From Vitrella brassicaformis CCMP3155 (Eukaryota; Protista; Chromerida): a DNA stretch of 64,000 nucleotides. Shown here one piece after another: positions 1 to 12,884 of the stretch. The stretch is from positions 248,001 to 312,000 of the forward strand of contig CDMY01000488.1 in the NCBI GenBank assembly GCA_001179505.1, written 5' to 3'. Numbering within the stretch: position 1 is the stretch's first letter; each line of letters begins with the position of its first letter. Made by a program: the position numbers and the translations under genes. The notes under the pieces were generated by a model that saw nothing but the letters and a program-made list of their open reading frames with translations, searched no databases and was not told where the DNA came from.

Positions 1-2272
1 CCGGCTGGGCATCTGCGGAAGTCAGCAGTACGGGGGAACATGTGCCATCACATGGATGCATTCATTCTCTCGGTCGTTGCTCACATTCCCGTGTGTTGAC
101 GGTCAGCACGACACTGTTGGGCTGCAGCATGAGGATCAGGTCATAGTACACGCGGAAGTGGTCAGGCGAGTAGGGGGGTGGGTTCTGATCCTGCAATGGG
201 TAGTTGTACTGAAGTCGCGGACAGACAGAAGAATGGCAGAGGAACATGGCAATTACTGATGCATCCAGTGCAGCGCACCTCTGTCTTGACGTGCATTGTG
301 AGCTGGCGGAGCGAGAGGCGCTCCTGCATGGCGGTCCACAAGGCGCCGCCTTTCTCAGGCACCACCAGGGGGCTCTCCTGCACCTCCGTCCGCACCTCCA
401 GCTCGTCCAGACACACACGCTTGGTGCCCCCCTCCCCTGGTTGAGCCGCAGTGCCCTCAAACAGACACGCAAATGCGTCAAAGGCCGCCCACCTGAACAC
501 CGACAGACCAGCTATGACCCCACCGATCCGACCCACCCCACCCCCACCACCTACCAGGGCACACAAATGAGTCGAACAGTGTGTAGTGTGTGCGGCATGG
601 TCTTGAGGAGCCGTTGCAATGGGTCGGACAGCGTGTAATGGTTGGTTGGGGGCGGAGGGAGCCGGCTTCCCGCCTCTTCCCTGGTCAGAGGGAACTGAGG
701 TGGGAGGGGCGGCCCTTCTCGTAAACGCCATCCTCCGTGAATCGGTGCTTGTGGTAAGTAATGTGGTCCTTGACAGACTGGTACTCGACCTGCTCGAGGG
801 TCAGCACCTCGACACTCTTCCAGCCCCCAACCGTCCAACCGGCAATCTACAAGACGGGACGGACAGCAAAGGAGAGGGAGAGAGATGCAAACGGGTGCGT
901 CCACGGATCCCGGCGTCCTCACTAACCGCATCATGGCCGACGTAGCCGCGAGTGGAGTCGCCACACCTGATGATAAGGTACTTGGTCTTGTCGAACACAA
1001 CCGGTCGGCCACTCGAGTCGGTGAGGTCCCAGCAGTCGTCCCACGGCTGCGAAAACTCGTGATAGGTCATCTCCACCGTGATGGCCTGTTGCAGTGCTCG
1101 CTTGACGATGTCCCGGATAGAACCTCTCATCTCTGGGGGGCACGTGTCAGCTGGCCTCCATCTCTTGAGGGAGGAGCCCCTCAGCTCAACGAAACTTCCT
1201 TTCGGCAGCACACAGTACCCTACAACGACGACACAATGAATGACCTGATGTATGTGTGTATGTCTGCCTGACGATTCCTTTCTCGCATGTCTGTCGTACC
1301 ACGGCTCTCCAGTTCGACCAGCAGCTGCATGCCTGCCGGGCCGTACAGCTCGCCACTGCTGCTGCGGTGACGTGTTGGATTGAATGAGGCCGGGAGGGTC
1401 GACCTGAAGGTCAGGTTGCGGTAGAAGACACCGATGCATTTCTGGAGTGCCGGCGGCCGGATGCGGATGCACGGCAGGCCGGCAAGAAGTCGATCAATCT
1501 CCTTATCGTGTGGCACGGAGACCATGTCACCCATCGACTCGAGGCTGCCGCCGCGCATCTCGAGTGCCGTGCCGCATATGTGTGTGGGCAGAGGGAACAC
1601 CTCAAAGCGGCGGATGTGGGGCGAATGGGCCAGCAGATGACGCAGCACGTCATGGTACCAGTAGTTCTCCTCTGTGCTTGTGGTTAGGTCGAGCACTTGA
1701 GATCTCTCGCTGCAGAACTTGGCCCTGAGTGTCCTAAGGTTGGGTGTCTTCCACTGCAAGGACCGAAACACCTTCAGAGCCCGAACTAGGTCCACATCGA
1801 TATCCGTCAACGCTGGAAACGTCCGCGCCGCGCCGACAAGGCTCGCCTCCTCAACACCACCGTAGTCCCATCCAGGGCTGGGCACGTCCGACTTGATGGC
1901 CCTTATCTTGTCACCGTGCTGCTGCATTGTTGTGACGAAGAACCGCAGCACATCATCGTCAAAGCTGGTCTCGCCCTCGGCCGCCACGAGAATGATCTTC
2001 TGCGGGCCCTGGGAGCACAGAAGGACGCGTCGATCCCGAGGGACGGCCGGGCCGATGACGAGGGTGGACGAGCAGACAGCCTCGAAGCAGCTCTCGTCCA
2101 GGACAGACAGCCGCATGATCTCCTGCATGCAGGCAGGGAGCCAGTGCAGTGCCTGTGTGCGCCTTTCTAACGCGTACCTTACCTTGTCTGTGAGTGTGCC
2201 TGAGAGGTTGAGCGTCCACAGCTCTGCAGGGAGCCGGGTGAGGCCGTGCATGCCGCGGGTCGACGATGCCAT
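1..2272 (-). CDS. Lineage-specific F-box-like / LRR-like protein, multi-exon; 3' end runs off the window start
   Basis: ATG at 2272. Removing a 60-nt GT-AG intron (2123-2182) gives MASSTRGMHGLTRLPAELWTLNLSGTLTDK|EIMRLSVLDESC, an F-box-like LPxEL...L...RLS pattern. LRR-like segments follow (FPALTDIDV, WKTPNLRTL). Further exons at ~1225-890, ~840-590, ~545-290 and ~200-80 end in a donor (gtgagc) and an acceptor near base 12. A close paralog lies at 63098-64000. Confidence 0.6.
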
Positions 2273-2463
2273 TGACGCCACGAGCACAGAAGATGAGGTG
2301 AGCGCCTGACTCTTTGCCCCTTGCTTCTCCTCCCGAGAGAGAGCAGTTTCACAGAGTCCTGCTGCGAGCTTAGTGAGCAGATCTCCCCCCGCAGTCTCTT
2401 TCCTCGGGAGGAGCAACGACGTCTTTGTAGATCCGAACGCTCAGCAGCTTTCAAGCTGCGTGG

Positions 2464-5400
2464 ATGATGATGGCGGTTTTCCTCATGCCACTGGTGCTGA
2501 TGCTGATGCTCACCCTGCTGTCCGCCAATGGAGCCCATCTGTCAACCTCGTCTGACCCCGCGTTCATCGCCCACTCATTACCTGCAAGCAGCAGCACCCA
2601 GCGGCGAGTCATGGCACACCACAGGCGGCGACCATCCCTTCTACGCATGCAGGAGGTCAAAGAGCGGGCGCCGTCGTCCAAAGAGTCCGACAAAGGGAAG
2701 CAACAGCAACAGCAGCAGCAGCTGGCAGACGCCCTCCCATCTCAGCTCACATTCGCCACGGAGCAGCAGCAGGTTGAGAGGCAGCTCCCTCGGCTGCCGC
2801 CTTACTGGGACATGGTGCGCGTCGGTCTGGCCACGCCAGAGAATGACAAGCGCACGCGGATCGAGGAGAAGTACCGCATCGAGTCAGGGGAGGAGGGGGT
2901 GCGCCGACAGTGGCAGAGGAAGAGGCAGAGCATTATGGAGCTGGTGGGCGAGACGGGCTCTGGCGTGCTCGACACTGTCGAGGACGTCTCGCTGCATTGG
3001 AGGAGACAGTTCATGAAGCTCAAGTGAGCCAGTCACTTGATGATGCAGACACACGCACACAGAGGGATGCGGATGGTGCATCCGTCGTGCTGTGGTGTCG
3101 TGTGTGTGTGTGTGTGTGTGTGTGTGCTGGTTCCATGCTGCAGCAAGGTGAATCTGATGCAGAAGCGGCTCGACACTGACAAGCCTCGGCTGGTCATCCT
3201 GGGCTCCGGATGGGCCGCACATGCCATGATCAAAATCATCGACACGGACAAGTGAGCACCTGCATCACCTCCAGCACACACATCTGTCCATCCTGATCTA
3301 CCTCTGTCTGGGCAGATTTGACGTGGTGATTGTGTCCCCGCGCAACTACTTCCTCTTCACGCCCATGCTGGCTGCGAGTGCCGTCGGCACTGTCGAGTAC
3401 AGATCGATCACCGAACCGATGAGGAAGGCGAATCCGCTGACGAGCTACTATGAGGGTGCGTCAGTAAGCGGGAGGGCAACACACGGACACACGAACAGCA
3501 TGCACTCACTATGTCTGTATGCCCCGCGATGGGTGTGGTGTTCAGGTGAGGCGATTGACATCGATCCCGAGAAGAAGGAGATCCGGGTGCGCTCCAAGAT
3601 CCAAACCACTGAAGGTGCTCTACACTCCAATGCCAATCCATCCCCCTTGACTGCACTGTGGATTGCTGGTGGTGGTGGTGAACTTGTCAGGCGAGACTGT
3701 CGAGTTCGCCGTCCCGTACGACACGCTGATCTTCTCGCCTGGCGTCAAATCCTCCTCGTTCGGCATCAAGGGAGTGTACGAGCACTGCTACTTCCTCAAG
3801 GAGATAGAGGACGCGCGCAAGCTGCGGACCGCCGTGCAGGACCGCTTTGAGCGGTAGGCATATGAGTCACGCGTGGCAGAGGGGAGGAGAGCGAGGGCGT
3901 GTGCCGATGGTGCCGGTGGTGGTGTTTGTTGTCTGCAGGGCGAACATTCCTGACACTTCTGATGAGGAGAAGCAGCGCCTGCTCACATTCGCCGTGTGCG
4001 GGGGCGGGGTCAGCGCAACCCACCGCACCCACCGTGAGAGGAGACACCACAGAGATCGTCGCTCTTGGCTGTGTGTGCAGCCGACTGGGGTGGAGTTCTG
4101 CGGCGAGCTCTTCGACCTCCTCCGATCGGAATTCCGGAAGTTCTACCCCAAGTGAGTTGAGTCGCCAAGCCAGCCACGCTGACGACACGCAATCCGATGC
4201 ACCTGTTGTCTGTGTGTAGGTTGACGCCAATGGCCAAGGTGGTGTTGGTGCAATCCGGCCCCAACATCCTGCCCATCTTCGACGAATCGCTGCGCAGCGT
4301 CGGGCTGCAGAAACTCAGGGTACGTCACAGCCACACATGTGCACCACCTACGCCCACGCTCATGCGTCCTGTTTTGTGCGTGTGGGGTGGGTGAGTAGGA
4401 TCAAGGCGTGCAGGTGGCGCTGGAGACGAGAGTGCAGGAAGTTGGACCCAAATCCATCTTGCTCAGCGTCCGCAGACAGACAGACAGACAGACAGACAGA
4501 GGCTGTTCAGTGTAGTGAATGCAGCACCCGTGTTTCTCTGCCTGTCTGTCTCTTTGCGTCTTCAGAACGGCACCGAGCTGCCTTATGGCCTGGCGGTGTG
4601 GGCTGCCGGCACTGGGCCGAGGGAAATCACCAAGTATGACCATACACACGACAATGTCCATGCAGCTAACGCGCAAATGCATCGTCTTGTCGCCACGGCA
4701 GGCGGCTGATCGAGAAGGTGCCCACCCAGCAAGAGATGTAAGGAGGCCATGCCCGCACACGACAGACAGACCACACGCACTCTCACCTCTCTCTCTCTCT
4801 CTCTCTCTCTCTGGCTGATCGGTTCGTTCTGCAGGGCGTCCCAGTCCAAGAAGCTGGCTGTCGATCCCTGGCTGCGCGTTTACGACACCAACGGCACCAT
4901 CCTTGCCATGGGCGACTGCACCAAGATGGACCCGCCGCTCCCGCAAACCGCTCAAGTACGCTCGCTGCACACACACATACGCCCAATTCAGCACCAGCAG
5001 CGGTCACTGCGCTCCTCTCATTGCCTCTCTCTCCCTGTGTGTGTGTGTGTGTGTATCTGCAGGTCGCTGCGCAGCAGGGCGCCTTTCTCGCTCGTCTGTT
5101 GAACCGTGGCTACAACATGAGCAAGGCTGACGGGCGGCCGCCGACGTACTCTTACAAGGAGAGCGAGAAGAAAGGCTTCGGCGAGCGGCTGTTCAGCATC
5201 CTCCGCATCCGTGGCAAGAAGAAGGCTGATCCCTTCAATTTCTTCAACTACGGCATGCTCGCCTACCTCGGCGACCAAAAGGCGCTGGCCCAGATACAGG
5301 TGTGTGTGTGTGTGTGTGTGAAGTGTGGTGTGTTTGTGTGGGTGAGTGATGTCTATCTCTGTGTGTGTGCGCGTGTGTGTGTCAGGCTAACGACTTGGAC

Positions 5401-5609
5401 TTTATCAAGGCGAGTGGGCAAGCTGGTTTCTACCTGTGGCGGTCCGTGTATGTGGTCAAGCAAGTCTCGTTCAGGAACCGTGTGTTGGGTACGCTGCGTG
5501 TGCACCCACACGTCTCAAACCATCCCCCTCTCGCCCTTTGTTTGCTCTCTCAGTGCTATTTGACTGGTTCAAGAGTCGGATATTCGGCAGAGACCTCACA
5601 CGGCTCTAG
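2464..5609 (+). CDS. NDH2: Type II NAD(P)H:quinone oxidoreductase (NDH-2) with signal peptide plus transit-like presequence
   Basis: Spliced motifs: [13 protein letters not shown] (FAD Rossmann), [31 protein letters not shown]|[10 protein letters not shown] (substrate Rossmann), [19 protein letters not shown]|[34 protein letters not shown]|[14 protein letters not shown]. Stop TAG at 5607-5609. Hydrophobic N-terminus [23 protein letters not shown] followed by S/A/R-rich ...PAFIAHSL. Confidence 0.93.
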
Positions 5610-5791
5610 GCCTGAGCTGGAGGGCGGGCAGGGGGGGAGGGGGATTGTGGCCGGTGGGGAGAGATCGCTACTGCGAAACGAAGCGAGTGAGATCTGATGG
5701 ATGGATGGATAACAGAGGGGAGCCTCAGGGTGTGGTGAGAGAGGGTTTGCCTCCATCTTGCCGGCCGGCCATTCCATGACACGTATTTATT

Positions 5792-5825
5792 ATTGCCATT
5801 GCCATTGCCATTGCCATTGCCATTG
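5792..5825. repeat. (ATTGCC)n hexamer microsatellite, ~5.7 copies, downstream of NDH2
   Basis: Directly visible: attgccattgccattgccattgccattgccattg. The same unit encodes NGNGNG at ~29027-29040 and ~33676-33700. Confidence 0.9.
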
Positions 5826-6798
5826 TACGTGTGTGTGTACATAAAGAGACAGACAGAGCAGCGGATCAACGAACCGACCGACCGACCGACGTCTAATGCT
5901 ACGTGTGTGGTGGGCTGGGGCTGGCATCTTTTTCGGTTTCACTTCTCTTTATCTACGGAGCGGACTGGCAGGGAGGGGAGGCCACTGACTGTGCGGGCGG
6001 TGCGTCTTTGTCTTTTTCCCTTCGTGGGTGTACAATGAAATGAATGCCCTGAGGGTGTGGTGTGTGCAGAGAGGAGGGGGGGCCGGGGGGGTGAGAGCGA
6101 TTTGCCGTATGTCCGTGTGGGCGGCATGGGACGGCATGCGTGTCGAGTTTTTGCCTGCAGGTGCATGGCATGGGATGCACTGCACTGCAGCCATCAACGA
6201 ACGAAGGGACTGAAATGGAACGAACGGACTCATCGGCCAATTGAGTGAAAGGCACACAAAGAGAGTCGATTGGCGGGTGGGTGGGCGGGTGTGACGACAG
6301 TCCCATGGGTTCATCCGCGACACCCACACCACGAACGACACACACACACGCACACACACACGCACCAAACTCACCCACACACCTGTCTGTGTCAGTTCCC
6401 CCATCCACCAATCCACCCCCACGAGTCAGTGGTACGAACCATTCCTTCCATCCATCCATCCAGCGACAAACGACCCAACACACGAGATGACACAAGTGAA
6501 CAAGGCAGACAGACAGACAGACGCGCAGGCAGGCAGGCAGACAGACGTACAAACGTACAAACGAAGAGACAGATCGACGGCGAGAACCTGTCAGTTCTGC
6601 GCACCGACATATTTACTGTCTGTGCTGTGCTGTGTGCGCGAGTGAGTCTGATGGAACAATGGCATTATGGCGGCAGAGGGAGAGGGGGACGGGGAGGGAG
6701 GGAGGGAGGGAGGGAGGGGGGAGCGATCAAGAGACAGAGAGGGAGAGGGTGACTGACAGACTCACACAGACCGACTGACGCACGATAGATGACAAAGG

Positions 6799-6834
<36 letters not shown>

Positions 6835-8338
6835 AAGGTATGGGTGATGGGAGGGCGGGCGGGTCGGTGGGTGGGTGGGGCCGCAAAAACGATACATACG
6901 GTATCATCACAACACACGCACACGCATCGATCCAAGACACCAGACTCTGTGCAGACCAGTCATGTCATACATACACACGTGGGCAGGGCAAACACACACA
7001 CGAACGAGAAGAAATGCCCCCTCTCCCTCCCTCCCTGCCTCCCTCGTTCTTTCTCTGCCTCTGTTCTGTTCTGCTGGCTAGGCTAAGAAGAGACCAACGG
7101 TGCTTGCTGCGAATTAGCCCTTGCCTCCGTCTTAACAGCAAAAAACAAACAAAACAAAAGCGTTCGTTCGTTCCTTGCACGGCACGCCTCAAAGTGTGTC
7201 TGTTCTGTGTCGTTGTGACACTCCCTCGCTCACTCTCTCAGCCTCGGCCGCCCGGTGTGCCGACCGACATATACAGGAAAGAAGCAACCATAGCAAGGAG
7301 GATACACATCGTAATGTACAGCGGTGGGGGGGTGGATTGGTGGATTGGGTGGGTGGTTTGGTCAATCCATGCCATGCAGCGTATAAAGACCACCACCACC
7401 ACCCGTGTGTGCCGCCCCGCCCCGTCCCCCTTGTATGTGTGTATCGGTTAAATTACATTCTGTGTGTGCCAGCCTTTCGCCCGCGCCGCAACAGACTCAA
7501 CAAACACCAGAGAACAAGCGATAGACACCTGAGAGCACGAGAGAGAGAGAGAGAGAGCGAGAGACGTGGGTGGGGCTGATGGCTGGCTTTGATTGACAAA
7601 GAACAGTACATATCATATGAAGGCATGACTGACTGACTGAATGAATGGATAAAGCGCGCTCCCCCGTGCTGTGTTGCGTCATGCCCCCCGGGCCCACTCT
7701 TGTCCCTCCCCCTCTCTGTCCCGTGTGCTGTGCATTTGCATGTCCATCCATCCATCCATCCATGTGTTATGCATGCAGCATACGACGATACAAATAAGCC
7801 TAAAGGACGTGACGTGACCTAAAAGTGGCTGGCCTGCTTCCCTTCTTCCTCCTTATCTCCGTAGTGGATGGACTGGCGCGCACCAGCGCATCGCCCAATT
7901 CTCTTCCTCCGTGTTTTTCCTTACGTCTGTCTGTGTCTGTGTCTGTCTGCGGGCCGATTCATGACATCGCGTCCCTCACTGTTGTCCTCTTCAGTGTGTC
8001 AACCACCGGAGAGGATGGCAGAGAGTGACGCAGCACGATGAATCGGCTCGACAGCACAGGACACACCGACGGCAACAACAACATTTCCTCAAATCAATCA
8101 ATCAATCGATCAGGTCGTGACGCACTCTCTTCTCTCTCTATGGACTGACTGACTCTATACATCAATCACTTTGGCGATCTCATCTGACCTGCCTGCCTGC
8201 CCGCCTCCCTGCCTAGCTTGAAACACATGGGGAACAAAGCATGCATCAGCGTGCCTCGTCCCGCTCTTACAAAAGCCCAAACACACATGCCGCCCCGCGC
8301 CACACACAGCCATCACACAAACCACTCCCGCCCCGCCC

Positions 8339-11300
8339 CTACTGCCCGTTCCCGCCACCCCCACCAGTAAGAGCACCGCTGCCGCCAAAGGCCGGTGGCA
8401 TTTCGACGGTGCCTGCATTCCAAAATGGGCCTCTGTGCCAGGAGAGGCCGGACGAGGGCGACGTGGGGCAAGACATGGCTGATCGGGTCTGCACCTGCAT
8501 CTGCGTCTGCCCCCATTCTGCGGGCGACAGCATCGGTGGTGGTTGTGCTGCAACTGGTGTGGGGGCTGCTGCGTGGGGGTGCGATGAGGGAGGATAGAAC
8601 GCCTGATGAGCCGACGGCTGCGGGGCGGCCTTGAGGAACGACAAGAGGTCGCTCCACGTCCCTGTGCCAGATGGACGTGGTGGTGGTGGAGGTGGTGGTG
8701 GTGGTGCAGTGGCCTGGGGAGGGGGGAAGGGCACGCCGCCTCCCCCGCCACTCTCCTTGCCCTGCCCATCGTTGGCTGCACCACCGCCATTGCCCCCCTG
8801 CTGCACGCGCCCGAGCGCCTCTGCGAGCTTCATGAGAGTGGCCGGGTTGATGCAGGGGTGCTCCACCTGGGAAGCGTCTGTGTCGGGGAGGGGCGGGTGC
8901 TGCGGGGACTGCTGCTGGTGGTGGCCGTCAGCTGGAGTCGGGGTGTCTCCGTTGTTGCCGCCAGGCGGTGTCTGCACGTCGGAGTAGAGGAGCTTCTCCA
9001 CCAGGTCTCTGTTGGCTGCAAACCACAGGAGCAATACGAACACACGAGTGGTCGATATACGGCTGTTTCTGCACCACTCTCTCTCTGTCTGCCTGGGTTG
9101 CTGCTCACCGTGCACAATGGCCGCCAGGTCAGCCACGCTCAGGGCCTTTCCCCCTTCGCCCTGCCTCTGGCTTTGCTGCTGCAGCTGCTGCAGCAACATG
9201 GCCTGTGTGTGCGGGTCACTCATCCCGCCGACACCACCTGCAGCAGCGGCCGCAGCCGCAGCAGCAGCAACAGGCTGCCCGGCTAGTGTGTCCTCGAGCG
9301 ACAGCGTCTCCAGCCGAATGTCGCTTGGCGAGTGGCAAGTCGACCCAGGAGCCAGCTGCGCCGCCTTGATACCCGATCTGTTGCTGTCGCCGCTCTCTGA
9401 TCCTCCCGCACTCATTCCGCCTGTGGTCCCCTGCCTCGCTGGACGATTTCGCGACATCCGCAGACGCGTCGGTGCCGTCGACACGTGTGCGGTAGTGGTG
9501 GGGGAGGCCGTGCTGAGCGGCTGCCTGCCCGTCGCGAGGGCCGGGTGCGGGGGAGGCGGCAGCGTGTTGGCCTCTGGTGGCCCCACTCCCGGCGCCGGCA
9601 TCGGCTGCATCGCATGCATGGGCTCGGCGGGTCCAAGGGGCATCATGTCTGCCTCATGCTGCTCGGGGGGGCGTGAAGGTCTCCCTGAGAAGCGGAAGAT
9701 CTCTCCCGCGTTGGCCGGGGCGGCCAGAGAGGGCGGCGGGGGGAAGGGGGACACACCAGCACCAGCACCAGCACCGGCAATGGCAGGTGCGGCAGCCGCA
9801 CCCGCACCAGACGAAGATGACGCCGCAGGAAAGATGTCCAGCGGCTTTGACATAAAGGACAGCTGAGGTGAGGACGGCGGGTTCTCCCTCGACTGAGCGA
9901 GTGGGTCCTCGCCCAGAATAATTTCCCCACTCGGCGGGGCGAACGGGTCGCTCGAGCTCGTCGTCGACGGCAGCGGGCCCAGCATCCGGTCCACCGCCGA
10001 GATGTCCTCCTCCGATATCCCGGGATCCGCCTCCACCGTTGACGGCGGGCCTGGGGGATGGTGGATGTGCGAATCGGCGTGCGGGTCGGCCGGAGGGACG
10101 CTGCCGGGCATCTGCACCCTCATGCCAAACGAGAAGTCCCCACTGGAGTCGACCGAGTGGCTCAGGGGGGGCGGCATGCGCGCCTGTGCCAGGGGGGTGG
10201 AGGAGGACATGGCCAGCGGGTCGGTGCTGCCGGGCGGCTGTCTGAGCACCTGTGAGGGCGACTCCATCGGCTCCGTCTTGATGGCAAGGGGGAAGCCGTG
10301 GCCTGGCGGATAGGGCGAGGGGAAGATGGACCGGTTTGGGGGCGACGTCATGCTGCTGATGCTGCTCATGCCGGCCGCAGGGTCCATCGCCGGGGCTGCA
10401 TGTTGTGCCGCCGCATACGAGAAAAAGGAACTGTTTGTGGCGCCGGCCTGTGAGACGACAGACGCCTTGAGACGGCCCTGCTGCCGCAGGTGAGTCTGGG
10501 GGGGCTGATGGGGGTCGACGGCTGGCGCTGCTGCTGTTGCTGGTGGTGCTGGTGTGCGATGGTAGGGGTATCCTGGCGCCTGAGCGGGGCTTGGGGTGGA
10601 GAAGATGTTTGCCGTCTGCGTGAAGTGCCCGGGGTGCACTGGTGGCGGCATGTGCTGATGCTGCACCGGGTGTTGCTGGTGGGGATGCAGGGCGGCCTCA
10701 GCACCGTCGGCGGCGGCCGTCTCGCCGTCGTAGCTGTTGCTCTCGCTCTCCTCCCCCTCGTCACCATGCTCCAGATGGTCGTGTGGCTGTGACGAGCTGC
10801 CGTCCTCATCACTGTAAGCCTCGCTGTCGTCATCTCCTCGCGGATCATCCTTTACGCGCACGTGCCCACGGCCATACGCCGGCGTGGCCACCAGGTGGGC
10901 GTGCGCTGCTGCTGCTGACGGCATGTCCTGTTGCTGCTGCTGTTGGTGCTGTTGCTGGGGCGGGGTGAGGTCGCGCGGCTCTGGGGATGCGGAGGGTGAC
11001 GGTGTGGTGTTTTGCAGGGTGCTTGCCGCCTTTTTTGCGCGGGCCTTGGGCTTGTCCTTGGCTTTGCCGCTGCCCTTCTTGTGATACTCGTCGTGCCACA
11101 GCTTGCGACGGAGGGAGTTCCATCTGACAGCAACAGAGGGAGGGAGGATGCCATTGGTTGGAGCGGTGGTGCTTGATCGTTCGTCTGTCCCCCCCACCCA
11201 CCCACCCACCTGTTCTTGACCGAGTTCTCCGTCCGCCCCGGGAGCAGTTTTGCGATCTCTGACCACCTGTTGCCCATCTTGGCCTGCGCTTCGAGCAGCA

Positions 11301-12488
11301 AATGCTCCTCCTCAGCCGACCACTCGTCGCGCTGACACAACAACAGACAACACAAACATGTACATGTATGTGTGGGTGTGGGTGTGCGAACGGGGCGGGC
11401 GGCTGCGGCTCAGGTTAGCTTCTTACGCGAATGGTGGGGTCGAGGTGGTTGTACCACCGTTCGCGGCACTGCTTGCCGAGCCTGAAGGTGTTGCAGCGGC
11501 GGTTGACCTCCTGCGCCAGCGACGTCCACCGCTGCGGACCCCACTTCTCAACCAGCTCCTTCAACACGATGTCCTCCTCACTCGTCCAAGGACCTGGTTG
11601 TTGCGCGACGGCAGACAGATGTGCGAGCGGGTGGGGTGTTTCGGTATTGGGTGCTTGTGTGCGTACCTTTGACGAGGCCGGGCATGAGAACTTTGTGCCA
11701 TCTGTGAAGGCACTGGACGTCAGTCCGGCCGGGGATGAGCGCGGCGATCTTCTTCCAGTTCTTGCCGTCATGGAGCTTCACGGCCTCCTTCAACCTGCTC
11801 CATGGACACAGGCAAAGACAGAGCAATGTAACACGCACACCCCCTTTAGCCCCACTCACTCCCCCCACTCACCGCTCGTCCTCATCGGCCATCCACCTCT
11901 GGGCGTCCTTGGCAGACCTTCGTGTCTGCCCCTGGCTGATGGCCTCCTCAAAATTCGACTTGACGGCAGCCAGCCCACCACCCACACCCACACCGACACC
12001 CATGCCCATCTCACACCCTGCAGCAGCCGGCCCCTGCTGCTGCGTCGGGTAGAGGGGCGGCAGGCCCGACGAGCTCCCGCCTTTCTGCCGCGAGCCTCGT
12101 TTCTTGGCCGCCGGTCGCGACGAGTCGGCGTCGGTCTGCATCGGCACCTGGGGCGAGTGCAGCCGCTGCTTCTGGTACTGTGGCGAGATGGCATACTTGG
12201 TCCCTGCACACACAACACAACACAAACCAACACACACCACAGGAGAGAACAGAGAGATCAAACAGGAGAACGCAGCGCCAATCAGGTGAGCAGAGCAGAT
12301 CGCCACAGTTCAGCTTTCTCTCAATGCGCCAACTGACCGTGTGGGCTCATGAGGTCTCTGTCGGTCGTTTGTCTCTTGGACTTGGCACCGCTCCTCAGCC
12401 CATAGGCGTCTTGCTGTGCCGGCGGGTAGGCGTCCGCCACCAAACTGGACCCCGGCGGCGGGGCGAAGTGGGCCTCCGCCGCCATCAT
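8339..12488 (-). CDS. MYB3R: R1R2R3 (3R) MYB transcription factor with long low-complexity C-terminus
   Basis: Start MMAAEAHF at 12488. R1 RWMADEDER|LKEAVKLHDGKNWKKIAALIPGRTDVQCLHRWHKVL, R2 GLVK|GPWTSEEDIVLKELVEKWGPQRWTSLAQEVNRRCNTFRLGKQCRERWYNHLDP, R3 RDEWSAEEEHLLLEAQAKMGNRWSEIAKLLPGRTENSVKN|RWNSLRR. The large terminal exon is in the 975-aa ORF ending at 8339. Confidence 0.92.
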
Positions 12489-12884
12489 CGCCGCACGACA
12501 AACCTACAAATTCTGACACCGCACCGGGTGCTCACAGTGCCAGCGAGCGCTCTCTCTCAGATCTCCGACGACAGATCAAAAACAAAAAGCCGCCGAAACA
12601 AACAGAAAAGTGTGAGGCCCCTCCAGCGCCATATTCGGCTTGGTGTCCTCACGCCTCAAATCGCCGCAAAATCATTCGCAACCTAGCTCGCAGGTGCGAG
12701 CTAAGCCGAGAGAGGGGCGGAAAAAGGTAGAGGAGGCGTGTGTGTGTGAGAGGGCGTTGCATTTTTCGGCGGCTGGTGGCGTTTTGACGATGCAACAACG
12801 GGGAGATATAGTCGTTGTGTTTTGCTGGTGAATCTGCTGCTTGCTGCTGGAGAGGAGAGGACAGACAGGAGGCCATGCGCATCG

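Noticed and set aside
2339-2352. gagagc(a/g)gtttcac shared by the spacers upstream of both F-box-like paralogs (also ~63037-63050)
   Set aside because: It lies in opposite orientation relative to the two paralogs, is short, and has only two instances.
7825-8028. Short ORF with a signal-peptide-like start (MAGLLPFFLLISV...)
   Set aside because: GTG start, a pyrimidine-rich tract explains the hydrophobicity, and no linked exons were found.
5700-8150. Many 60-220 aa ORFs between NDH2 and MYB
   Set aside because: They are translations of (CA)n, (GA)n, (GACA)n and (GGGA)n microsatellites (HTHT, CVCV, RERE, DRQT) with no coding signature.
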